Source: Squalus acanthias (taxonomy: Eukaryota). Taken from it: 64,000 bases of DNA. The notes under the pieces were generated by a model. That model made no database searches, was not told the origin of the DNA, and was given only the letters and a program-made list of their open reading frames with translations. This document shows positions 24,901 through 35,244 of this stretch, piece after piece. The DNA lies in NCBI GenBank assembly GCA_030390025.1, contig JASTWF010000333.1:124001-188000 (forward strand), in the 5' to 3' direction. The position numbers were made by a program, and so were the translations under genes. The stretch's first letter is position 1, and each line of letters opens with the position of its first letter.

Positions 24901-25875
24901 CTGAGGACAAGCAGCTGTAATTGGTGTCGTTGCACAAAGAGTGGCTGAAATTCTAGGTGTGTTTCTTCGAGAAAAAACCCGAGAGGAAGCACGATAGTTT
25001 TTAGTTGGAACATCCTGATAGGCCCTTACTGGGGCAGTTCGGTAGGACTTAGCTTGATAAGCCCTCGTAGAGGCTCTTGATAGGCAAACCTTTACAAAAT
25101 GACCCTTTTTGTTGCAATGACTGCAAAACGCATTGCGAGCAGGGCAGAATCTCCGAGGGTGAAACTCATCACCACAAAAAAAGCATTTCTTAGATTGCCA
25201 AGAGGCTGCCACAGTGGGGTCATCATCCTCTTCATCAGTGAAGTCATCAGATCGATCGTCAGGGATAAAGTCCTCCCTAATAGAGTTCACCTGTGGCCTC
25301 TTAAATTGCCTGACTGTAGTTAAGGCAGCAGACCGAGGTCTGGGCACTGTAAAAAGGTCTGCATTTCTTTTTGCCAGATCTAGAGAGCAAGCCAGGTCAT
25401 AAGCTCTCTGCAGCTCAAGTGTCTTACTTTCCAGTAGACGCTGGCGTATAAATGGGGAGGCAAGCCCGCAGATGAACGCATCACGGATCATTTCTTCGCG
25501 GTATAGCTCAGCTGAGGCTGCCCGAAAGTTACAGTCCATACTAAGCCTGCGAAGCTCTTGGAGGAATTTATCAATGGATTCCTCCGGCCCTTGTTGGGCT
25601 GTAGCTAGTAGATGTCTAGCATAGACCTCATTCGGTGTCTTAGTATATAGTCTCTTAAGCGTCTGAATTGCCTCCTCATAACTGTCCCAGTCTTCCACAT
25701 ACTGAAATACATTCGGGGTGACACAGTTGATGAGTATCCGCAACTTTGAGTTATCATCAGCTTTGCAATACTCAAGAAAATTCTCAAACGTGCGATACCA
25801 GTGTTTCCACACCTTACCGGCTGCTGGGGTGTTTGGGTCCAAGTCAAGACGCGATGGTTTAAGGATGTTTTCCAT
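21919..25875 (-). CDS. Gag-Pol polyprotein, 1318 aa (Gag, zinc knuckles, protease, RT, RNase H, integrase)
   Basis: Zinc knuckles CFFC..H..C and CSHCNKKGHFVKVC; protease LIDSGS; RT DLKSAYHQ / LPFG / YLDN; RNase H CDAS / EKE / TDQ; integrase HHCC plus SIDF / HSDRG / VERFN. No stops or frameshifts. Confidence 0.97.
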   Translation of the reverse strand: MENILKPSRLDLDPNTPAAGKVWKHWYRTFENFLEYCKADDNSKLRILINCVTPNVFQYVEDWDSYEEAIQTLKRLYTKTPNEVYARHLLATAQQGPEESIDKFLQELRRLSMDCNFRAASAELYREEMIRDAFICGLASPFIRQRLLESKTLELQRAYDLACSLDLAKRNADLFTVPRPRSAALTTVRQFKRPQVNSIREDFIPDDRSDDFTDEEDDDPTVAASWQSKKCFFCGDEFHPRRFCPARNAFCSHCNKKGHFVKVCLSRASTRAYQAKSYRTAPVRAYQDVPTKNYRASSRVFSRRNTPRISATLCATTPITAACPQNLFHAATKTSINGHTLDALIDSGSTDSFIREQTVAQLKLHVFPSDQAVAMAQSSLNTRISGFCVVEIMLKGHRYPSTRLSVLKDLCSDLILGLDFQKQHKKLTIEFGGSKPELTISNIRPRLPFCALSAASLDEPSLFASIPPRCKPIITKSRRFSQEDQSFIAAEISRLLAEDIIEPCSSPWRAQVVIVKNPLQPHKKRLCIDYSQTINQYTDLDAYPLPRIDDMVNKLAEYTVFSTYDLKSAYHQVPLKVSDKQYTAFEANGRLYQFRRLPFGVTNGVAVFQRAMDDLVKQEDLKDTFPYLDNITVAGRNQQEHDANLQRFWDALQHRNLTLNAAKSIESQPTINILGYCVGNGIIKPDPERLRPLQELPPPKNPASLRRALGLFAYYAKWIPNFSDRIQPLLKASTFPLDTTAVAAFNLLKKQLEKAALHSIDESLPFVVECDASEVAISATLNQEGRPVAFLSRTFQGAELHYPPVEKEATAIIEAVRKWSHLLARQHFTLITDQRSVAFMLDNRKRTKIKNNKIQLWRLELASFGYTIHYRPGKENVAPDTLTRAFCSAMAPSTLVDIHDGLCHPGVTRMLHFVRSRNLPFSTGDVKKMCSDCRVCAELKPRFFRPSGGILIHATQPMQRLSIDFKGPLPSSTRNTYLLTMVDEYSRFPFAFPCPNMLTTTVISCLEQVFAFCGMASYVHSDRGPSFMSGELKAYLSERGIAASKTTPYHPVGNGQVERFNAIIWNAVRLALRSRGLPNQQWEAVLPDALHSTRSLLSTATNTTPHERFFRFQRRSSYGTSLPSWLTTPGPVLLRRYVRASKNDPLVDEVELTDVNPTYAYIRYPDGRESTVSLRDLAPCPPKHRGTPGDDIVPGTSLGLPGASHHDRDLTPAGTSLQRADLGQTDYEPVGARTRSHDQPCTVRSETDLPQPCPTPIRVPVHGQDRSDPSQSGLEHSDSGPWPAAGKRARGPLPLREPKRVRLSLIQRLRNGGSIPAS

Positions 25876-25954
25876 GATGGGTGATTCCCTGGATCCTTAG
25901 CTCCGAGTTCGTCCAAAAAGTTTGAGTGCGAAGTTTTTCAAAAGTTGATTAAAT

Positions 25955-26137
25955 TGTCGTAAGAATGAGCCTTACGCGTGGTAAACTTAATGTAAGCTTT
26001 AATCAACTTAAAACGGTGCTGCATACAAAAGAGGTCTTACCCTATGCCTCTTCCAGAGCTAACTGATCAGTCCAGTATTTATCCTGGACTGATTACAGGA
26101 AGTGATGTCATACAGGAAGCTGAAAAGTGTTACCACA
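25955..26137 (-). repeat. 5' LTR (183 bp)
   Basis: Identical to the 3' LTR; the minus strand carries a TATA-like GATAAATA and an ATTAAA signal. Confidence 0.97.
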
Positions 26138-26332
26138 GTCTGTGATAGGATGGAAGGCAGGAGAGAGTAAAGACAAAAGAGGTGATGGTGCAAGGCAAAA
26201 GGAGATGGTAATGGGACAAATTAAGAAACAAAAGATGACTCTCGATGAGGTGTAAATGGCAATGGCAGAATCATCAACAGCTGCCATGTGAGAGAAATAA
26301 ACAGAAAAGGAAAATAATATGTAAAAAAAAAA

Positions 26333-26871
26333 ATTCCACCACCTCCAGTGTGATCCCACCACCAAACACATCTTCCCCTCCCCTCCCCTTTCAGCATTCC
26401 GAAGGGACCGCTCCCTCTGCAACACCCTAGTCCACTCCTCTATCACCCCCAACACCCCTTCCCCTTACACTGCACCTTCCCACGCAAGCGCAGGAGATGC
26501 AACACCTGCCCTTTTACCTCCTCCCTTCCCACTGTCCAGGGCTCCTTAAGGTGAAACAGCAATTTACTTGTACTTCTCACAATTTAGTATACTGTATTCG
26601 CTGCTCACGATGCGGTCTCCTCTACATTGGGGAGACCAAACGCAAATTGGGTGACCACTTTGCGCAACACCTCCATTCAATCCGTAAGCATGTCCCTGAG
26701 CTTCCGGTCGCCTGTCACTTTAACTCTCTGCTCCACTCCCACTCTGACCTCGGCATCTTACACTGTTCCAACGAAGCTCAACGTAAGCTCGAGGAACAGC
26801 ACCTTATCTTTCGATTAGGCACTTTACAGCCTTCTGGACTCAACATCGAGTTCAACAATTTCAGACCATAA
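26333..26871 (+). pseudogene. Penelope GIY-YIG endonuclease domain (5'-truncated)
   Basis: AFRRDRSL, CNTC, FTCTSHNLVYCIRCSRCGLLYIGETKR, HFN, EQHLIFRLGTLQPSGLN; frameshifted. Confidence 0.93.
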
Positions 26872-27624
26872 CCTCGGCCCCTATGTTTTCTTTCTTCCCT
26901 CACATGGCCCCTGTTGATGATTCTGCCATTGTCATTTACACCTCATCTAGAGTCATCTTTTGTTTCTTAACTTGTCCCATTACCATCTCCTTTTGCCTTG
27001 CACCATCTTCCCTTTTGTCTTTTAATCTCTCCTGCCTTCCATCCTATCACAGATCTTCCCTTTTGTTCTTTCCTCCCCTGCCCCCTTTCCCTGCCCCTAC
27101 ACTTGCTTAAAAACCTGTTACACCTGTAACTTTTTCCAGTTCTGTCGAAGGGTCATCGACCTGAAACGTTAACTCTGTTTCTCTCTCCACAGATGCTGCC
27201 TGACCGACTGAGTGTTACTTGCTGCTCCCTGATTCTTGGTCCATGGGTGCAGGAGCTAGCATGAGCGCTATTCTTATCTATGCCTTTGGGTTCATGTGTT
27301 TGAATTTAATGTGCCAGTGCCATAACAACCAGGTCTCAGTGCGGCACATCCATTGTATTCTTGAGGCAGTCACTTGAAAATGCATAAACGTAGCCTAACG
27401 GGGTTTAACTTTAGATTTTTCTTCCCTCCCTGTGGGGACAGGACTCTGCATTTGCTCAGTGCCCCATCTAAACAGCCAGGCAGAGTTCACCTGTGGTGCA
27501 TTAAAGAGCTACACTGTTTTACTGCCTGTTACTGCACCAATGAGGGTGAAATTCATCATGGGTGGTAGTGTGAACAGCGCATTGGAAGCCCATGTTACAC
27601 TCCACCCGATTTTCTTTTCCATTA

Positions 27625-27965
27625 GAAGGTTTTGATAGAGTAAATAAGGAGAAACTGTTTCCAGTGGCAGGAAGGTTGGTAATCAGAGGACACAGATTTA
27701 AGCTAATTGGCAAAAGAAACAGAGGGGAAAAGAGAATTATTTTAATGCAGCTAGTTGCTGTGATCAGGCATGTACTGCCTGAAAGGGCGGTGGAAGCAGA
27801 TTCAATAGTAACTTTCAAAAGGGAATTGGATAAACTCTTGAAAAGGAAAAAAATTACAGGGCCATGTGGAAAGAGCAGAGCAGTGGGACTAATTTGAAAT
27901 CTCTTTCAAAGAGCCAGCGGAGGCACGATAGCTGAATGATCTCCAGTGCTGTATGATTCTATGAT
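27625..27965 (+). mobile_element. CR1 LINE 3' fragment
   Basis: GFDRVNKEKLFP...RGH..K...LPERAVEADSI..FKRELD, followed by a (TATGATTC)-type tail. Confidence 0.85.
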
Positions 27966-28856
27966 CTAAAGTAATGGTAGTTTCATAAAAATGCCATCTT
28001 ACCTATCATAAGTAACTTATATTTGAGACACCTTATATTAGGATGAGCTCATGTACCTGTATGGAGCCATATATAATTACAACTACTTAAAATTAATCCT
28101 TGAAATAATATTTTTTAAAAAGCAATTGATGCAATTACCAGTGCTCTGTGCTATAGAAAGCTTTGGCTACAAGGAGTGTGTGCCTCTCCATTTTAAGCTC
28201 TTTTCAGGGATTGTTCTTATTACGTTATTACTGTATTATTAAATTGCTTTCATAGCGTCAAGTTAGTAAGGTATCTCAGTGAATAATAGCTGAGACAATT
28301 ATCCCCTCCCCCACAGAACGTAATTACAACATGCAATGTAACACCTTTTGAAATAAGGAACAATGGTAGTGGTCATTACCTTCACCGTATCACACAAAGG
28401 CTCACAGCGCAGCACTGAGCTCTGGTCCTCTGATTCCTGTTTAGCTGTTGTTGCCTTTCTCTTAAATGTTGTCTCTTTTATCATCGCTACAGACCTCATA
28501 AATTTCCACATATCGCTTCTCGACCTTTGTACATCTGTTTTCTCTGTTCATGACATCCCTGCAGCGTGTCTGACTTGCAGATTCTTAGTATTATGCAAAT
28601 TCCCAATTTACATGATTTTCACGCTTCTTTGGTTTCATTTATTTTAATAACCTTGCTCTCTTTTTTACTTTTTTTTCCATGACTAATTTTGGAATTTTGG
28701 TGTTGAATTGTATTTTGTAATGGAAACCTATGCCCTAAGAATTCAGTGATAATGCAGAGTCTGATTAATGAGAAAGTAGCAATTAAAAAACAAGTACAGG
28801 TAATGCCTTCCAAAAGATACTTACAAAGACCTAATATAGGTGGCCAGTAAATGATT

Positions 28857-29042
28857 GGGGGTAATTTTGACTTAGGGTGATAGTGTAAAATGGGCGACAT
28901 CGATTCAGCCACCCATTATACATCTCTCCTGATTTTTATTTCTTTTGAAGTCAATCGAAATGAAAATTGGGAGAGATGTATAATGGGTGGCTGAATCGAT
29001 ATTACCTGTTTTACACTAACACCCAAAGTCAAAATGACCCTC
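28857..29042. mobile_element. Fold-back MITE (~185-bp palindrome)
   Basis: GGGTAATTTTGACTT / AAGTCAAAATGACCC ends and inner arms ATCGATTCAGCCACCCATTATACATCTCTCC / GGAGAGATGTATAATGGGTGGCTGAATCGAT. Confidence 0.85.
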
Positions 29043-29189
29043 ATTGAAAGGAAACTGCACATTGATTCTAATTCAGTCTTTGCTTACTCTAAAGGAACTA
29101 CAGAAAATCTGATCAAAATGAGACTAGAATCAATATTGGCTTCAGTGCAACGATAATAATGATATTCGCATTTTCCTTAACTTGGAGAT

Positions 29190-30600
29190 ATAAGAACATA
29201 AGAACATAAGAATTAGGAGCAGGAGTAGGCCATACGGCCCCTCGAGCCTGCTCCAGCATTCAGTAAGATCATGGTTTATCTTCGACCTCAAATTCACTTT
29301 CCCACCCTATCTCCATATCCCTTGATTCCCCTACAATCCAAAAATCTATCTCAGCCTTGAATATACTCAACAATTCAGCATCCACAGCCCTTTGGGGTAG
29401 AGAATTCCAAAGATTCACAACCCTCTGAGTGAAGAAATTCCTCTTTGTTCCAGTCTTAAATGGCCGACCGCTTATCCTGAGACTATGCCCTCTAGTTCTA
29501 GACTCTCCAGCCAGGGGAAACAAACTTTCAGCATCTACCCTGTCAATCCCCTTCAGAATCTTACATGTTTCAATGAGATCACCTCTCATTCTTCTAAACT
29601 CCAGAGAGTATAGGCTCAATCTCTCCTCATAGAACAATCCTCCCATCCCAGGGATCAATCCTAGTAACTACAGGCCAGTCAGTTTAACATCAGTGGTGGG
29701 TAAAGTTTTAGAAACAATAATCAAGGAAAAAATTAACGGGCACTTGGAGAGATCCGGCATGGACTCGATGGGCCGAATGGTCTCCTTCTGTGCCGTTATG
29801 ACTATGACTCTAGTGAACCTTCGTTGCTCCGCCTCTAAGGTAAGTATATCCTTCCTCAGATAAGGAGACCAAAACTGTGCACAGTACTCAAGGTGTGGTC
29901 TCGCCAAAGGCCTTGTACTCCAACCCCCTTGCAATAAAGGCCAACATGCCATTTGCCCTCCTAAATGCTTGCTGTACCTGGAGGTTAACTCTCTGTGTTT
30001 CCTGCACAAGGACACCTAAATCTCTCTCAATAACAACATTTAATAGTTTCTCACCATTTAAAAAAATATTCTATTTCTCTATTTTTCCTACCAAAGTGAA
30101 TAATCTCACCTTTCTCCACATTATACTCCATCTGCCACCTATAACCCATTCACTTAACCTGCCTATATCCCTTTGCAGGTGCTTTGTGTCCTCCTCACAG
30201 CTTACTTCCCACCTAGCTTTGTATCATCAGCAAACCTGGATACATTACACTCAGTCCCTTCATCTAAGTCATTAATATAGATTGTAAATATCTGAGGCCC
30301 AAGCACTGATCCTTGCAGCACCCCACTAGTTACAGCCTGCCAACCTGAAAATGAACTGTTTATCCCTAATCTCTGTTTTCTGTCTGTTAACCAATCCTCT
30401 ATCCATGCTAATATATTACACCCTACCCCATGAGCCCTTACCTTGCATAGCAACCTTTATGTGGCACCTTATTGAATGCCTATTGAAAATCCAAATATAT
30501 GACATCCACTGGTTCCCCTTATCTACTCTGCTAGTTACATCCTTGAAAAACTCCAATAAATGTATTCAACACTATTTCCCTTTCATAAAACCATGTTGAC
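29190..30600 (-). mobile_element. 5'-truncated CR1 LINE with deletions and a small inverted insert
   Basis: (TTCTTATG)n tail; [30 protein letters not shown] and QGSVLGP motifs. Confidence 0.9.
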
Positions 30601-30601
30601 A

Positions 30602-33600
30602 TTCTTTTTATTCATTCCTGGGATGTGGGCTTCACTAGCAAGGCCAGCATTTATTGCCCATCCCTAATTGCCCTTGAGAAGGTGGTGGTGAGCTGCCTAC
30701 TTAAACCGCTGCAGTCCGTGCGGTGAAGCTGCTCCCATAGATTTTGACCCAGTGATTATGAAGGAATGGCAATATATTTCCAAGTCAGGATGGTGTGTGA
30801 CTTGGAGGGGAACTTGGATGTGATGGTGTTCCCATGCGCCTGCTGCCCTTGTCCTTCTAGGTGGTAGAGGTCATGGGTTTGGGAGATGTTGTCGAAGAAG
30901 CCTTGGCAAGTTGCTGCAGTGCATCTTGTAGATGGTACACACTGCAGCCACGGTGTGGAGGGAGTGAATGTTTAAGGTGGTGGATGGGGTGCCAACAAGT
31001 GGGCTGCTTTGTTCTGGATGGTGGTGAGCTTCTTGAGTGTTGTTGGAGCTGCACTCATCCAGCCAAATGGAGAGTATTCCATCACACTCCTGAATTGTGC
31101 CTTGTAGATGGTGGGAAGGCTTTGGGGAGACAGGAGGTGAGACACTCACCACAGAATACCCAGCCTCTGACCTGCTCTTGTAGCCATTGTATTTATGTGG
31201 CTGGTCCAGTTAAGTTTCTGGTCAATGGTAACCCCCAGGCTGTTGATGGTGGGGGATTCGGCAATGGTAATGCCGTTGAATGTCAAAGGGCAGTGGTTGT
31301 TGGAGATAGTCATTGCCTGGCACTTGTGTGGCGCGAATGTTACTTGCCACTTATTAGCTCAAGCCTGAATGTCGTCCAGGTCTTGCTGCATGTGGGCATA
31401 GACTGATTCATTATCTGAGGAGTTGTAAATGAAACTGAACATTGTGCAGTCATCAGCAAGCATCCCCACTTCTGACCATATGATGGAGGGAAGGTCATTG
31501 ATGAAGCAGCTGCCGATGGTTGGGCCCAGGACACTGCCCTGAGGAACTCCTGCAGCGATGTCCTGGGCTGAGATGATTGGCCTCCAACCACCACAACCAT
31601 CTTCCTTTGTGTTAGGTATGACTCGCGCCCGTGGAGAGTCATTCCCCTGATTCCCATTGACTTCAATTTTACTAGGGCTCCTTGATACCACATTCGGTCA
31701 AATGCTGCCTTAATGTCAAGAACAGTCACTCTCACCTCTGGAATTCAGCTCTTTTGTCCATGTTTGAACCAAGGCTGTAATGAGGTCTGAAGCCGCGTGG
31801 TCATGGTGGAACCCAAACTAGTTATTGGTGAGTAAGTGCTGCTTGCTAGCACTGTCGACAGTTGTCGGACTTTCTCCTACTACTGTTCAGACCTCGAGAA
31901 TGACAAATAAGCGTAACAATGACAGCTAAGTTTGTTATAAATAAAATGATCTTTATTCACACTACAGTTCACATAGAAGCACCCTGGCACTATATATATA
32001 TGCCCACAGTTTAGTAAGCCCGTACATAGAAGTACCCTCAGCAATTTACAAAAGCAAAATACTGTGGATGCTGAAAATCTGAAATAAAAACAGAAACTGC
32101 TGGCAATACTCAGCAGGTCAGGCAGCAACTATAGAGAGAGAAACAGAGTTAACGTTTCAGGTCGATGACTCTTCGTCAGAACTGGAAAAATTTGGAGATG
32201 TAAAAGATTTTTAAGCAAATGTAGGGGCAGGGAGAGGGGGAAGAGAGGAAAGAACAAAAGGGAAGGTCTGTGATAGGATGGAAGGCAGGAGAGATTAAGA
32301 GACAAAAGGGATGATGGTGCAAGGCAAAAGGAGATGGTAATGGGACAAGTTAAGAAGCAAAAGATGAGTCTAGATGAAGTGTAAATGGCAATGGCAGAAT
32401 CATCAACAGCTGCCATGTGAAAAAAAATAGGGCAGAGGTTATGGCCAGCAATTTATATGCTCTACAGTTTACTCCAGCAATTTATATGCTCTATGTCCGA
32501 CTTTGATACATACACTCCTCCTTGGGTGATCAGTCTGAATTAGTGGTAGGTTTCAAAAGTCGACTGGCCATTCAAAAGAGCTTCCTTTGTCCCTTCTGAG
32601 TTTTCGACTAATTCTCTTCTCGTTATAGTGTCCTCCTGCATGGGCTTCCTCATATTTCTTCAGCTGCCTTCCTCTGATAGGTCAGTTTCACTACCAACTT
32701 TCCCTGATTGGTGTTCCTTCTGCATGATATGATCATGTCCCTGTGATGTGTGGAGGGCGGGACTGCCTCTTCATCCTGTGTTCCCCTTCCTGTCCATGGG
32801 GTCTTACAAACAAAGGATCACACACTGACCTCCTCCATTTTGAATCTGTCCGTTATCATCTCACAATTCATTCGCAATTTCGATCTCCACACGGTAACAG
32901 CGGTTTTATTACGTGTATAGCAGATACACAATACCTGATGATTGAGAGTAGACTGATGGGACGGTAATTGGCCGGATTGGATTTGTCCTGTATTTTGTGG
33001 ACAGGACATACCTGGGTAGATGCCAGTGTTGTAACTGTACTGGAACAGCTTGGTTAGAGGCGTGGCCAGTTCTGGAACGCATGTCTTCACCGCGACAGCC
33101 GGGATAGTGTTGAGGCCCATAGCGTTTGCTGTATCCAGTGCGCTCAGTCGTTTCTTGATATCACATGGAGTGAATAAAATTGGCTGAAGACTGGCTTCTG
33201 TGATAGTGGGGACCTCAGGAGGAGGCCGAGATGGATCATCCACTCAGCACTTCTGGCTGAAGATGGTTGCAAATGCTTCAGCCCTGTTTTTTTCCCTCAC
33301 GTGCTGGGCTCTGCCATCATTGAGGATGGGGATATTCATGGAGCCACCTCCTCCCATCAGTTGTTTAATGGTCTACCACCATTCACAACTGGATGTGGCA
33401 GGACTGTAGAGCTTTGATTTGATCCGTTGGTTGTGGGATCACTTAACTCTGTCTATAGCATGCTGCTTCCGCTGTTTAGCATGCATGTAATCCTTTGTTG
33501 TAGCTTCTCCAGGTTGGCACCTCATTTTTAGGTATGCCTGGTGCTGCTCCTGGCATGCTCTTCTACACTCCTCATTGAACCAGGGTTGGTCGCCTGGCTT

Positions 33601-34812
33601 GATGTTTATGGTAGAGTGAGGGATTGCCAGGATTGCCATGAGGTTACAGATTGTGGTGGAATACAATTCTGCTGCTGCTGATGGCCCACAGTGCCTCATG
33701 GATGCCCAGTTTTGAGCTGCTAGATCTGTTCTGAATCTATCCCATTTAGCACGGTGGTAGTGCCACACAACACAATGTAGGATATCCTCAGTGTGAAGAC
33801 GGGACTTCTTCACCACAAGGACTGTGCGGTGGCCACTGCTACCAATACTGCCATGAAGAGATGCATCTGAGACAGTTAGATTGGTGAGGACGAGGTCAAG
33901 TTGTTTTTTCCCTCGTATTGTTTCTCTCAGCACCTGTCGCAGGCCCAGACTGGCAGCTATGTCCTTCAGGACTTAGCCAGCTCGGTCAGTAGTGATGCTA
34001 CCAAGCCACTCTTGGAGATGGACATTGAAGTCCCCCATCCAGAGTAATTCTGTACCCTTGCTACCCTCAGTGATTCTTCCAAGTGAAGTTCAACATGGTG
34101 GAGTACTGATTCATCAGCTGAGGGAGGGCGCTAGGTGCTAATCAGCAGGAGGTTTCCTTGCCCATGTTTGACCTGAAGCCATGAGACTTCATGGGATCCG
34201 AAGTCAATGTTGAGGACTCCCAGGGCCACTCCTTCCTGACTGTATACCACTATGCCGCCACCCCTGGTGGGTCTGTCCTGCCGGTGGGACAGGACATACC
34301 CAGGGATGGTGATGGAGGAGTCTGTGACGTTGGCTGAAAGGTATGATTCTGTGAGTATGACTATGTCAGGCTGTTGCTTGACTAGTCTGTGGAACAGCTC
34401 TCCCAATTTTGGCACAAGTCCCCAGATGGTGGTGAGGAGGACTTTGCAGGATCGACTGGGCTGGTGTGCCGTTGTCGTGTCTGAAGCCAGTGCCGAGTTT
34501 GATGCCGGGTGGTCTGTCTGATTTTATTCTTATTATTGTTTCTTGTAGCGGTTTGTTACAACTGAGTGGCTTGCTAGGGCATTTCAGAGGGCAGTTAAGA
34601 GTCAACCACATTGCTGTGGGTCTGGAGTCACATATAGGCCAGACCAGGTAAGGACGGCAGATTTACTGATACTTGCTTTTTATTCCAGATTTATTTAATT
34701 AACTGAATTTAAATTCCACAGCTGCCGTGGTGGGATTTGAACTCACATCTCCAGATTATTAGTCCCGGCCTCTGGATTACTAGTCCAGTAACATAATCAC
34801 TATGCTACCGTT
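30602..34812 (-). mobile_element. Near full-length, decayed CR1-superfamily (Zenon-like) LINE, APE plus RT, split by an insert at 31861-32932
   Basis: APE (WGLVPKLGEL...PDIVILTESYL, LDLVLTN, SGHRTV), RT (LDIKAAFDR, GVPQGSVLGP, LADDC), and a 3' UTR ending GAATGAATAAAAAG. The two halves are colinear. The clade assignment is tentative. Confidence 0.85.
32049..32445 (-). mobile_element. Solo Penelope pseudo-LTR
   Basis: Homologous to 21497-21717 plus 26143-26290; 10-bp TSD CAGCAATTTA (32039-32048 / 32446-32455). Confidence 0.88.
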
Positions 34813-35244
34813 CCAAATAAATAACTCCTCCCCATCCTGCCCTAATGGAATGAAGATCTTTGTCAATATCTGTTGTGTGCTTTTGTTATTTTAGTTGATT
34901 TCAATCACAAAGTTGGAGTTTTTGCTTAATTACTTCTGGGGAGAATACTAACACTGTCAGGCTCAGAGATATTGGGCTGGATTTTAATACACAGTCACGT
35001 TGCGATCGGAAAAAGGGCCGATAGCACGTGGGAAACCCGGAAGTAAGTGCAGCGCGTCTGTCAGTCGATTTTTAACTCAGCCACCTCATTATCATTTTAC
35101 TTCTGGGCTTCCCGTCCAATTAGCATCAGCAGGTGTGATGACAACACACATGACATGATTTCAACTCCAGTATTCAAAGGGGCACTCCAAATATGCAAGT
35201 TGAAGGAGTTTGGAGTTGTCATGGAGAGCCACAGACCTCTTGCT

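Larger units (their letters stand above)
21718..26137 (-). mobile_element. Full-length, young Ty3/Gypsy LTR retrotransposon
   Basis: Two 183-bp TG...CA LTRs, identical by eye; 5-bp TSD GTCTG; PPT at 21901-21917; intact ORF. The empty-site sequence GGAAGGTCTGTGATAGG is present in the paralogous copy at 32261. Confidence 0.97.
21497..27215 (+). mobile_element. Penelope-like element with inverted pseudo-LTR, interrupted by the Gypsy element
   Basis: 11-bp TSD TACTTGCTGCT (21486-21496 / 27216-27226). The segments 21555-21717 plus 26143-26290 are an inverted copy of ~26900-27215. A GIY-YIG coding remnant lies inside. Confidence 0.9.
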
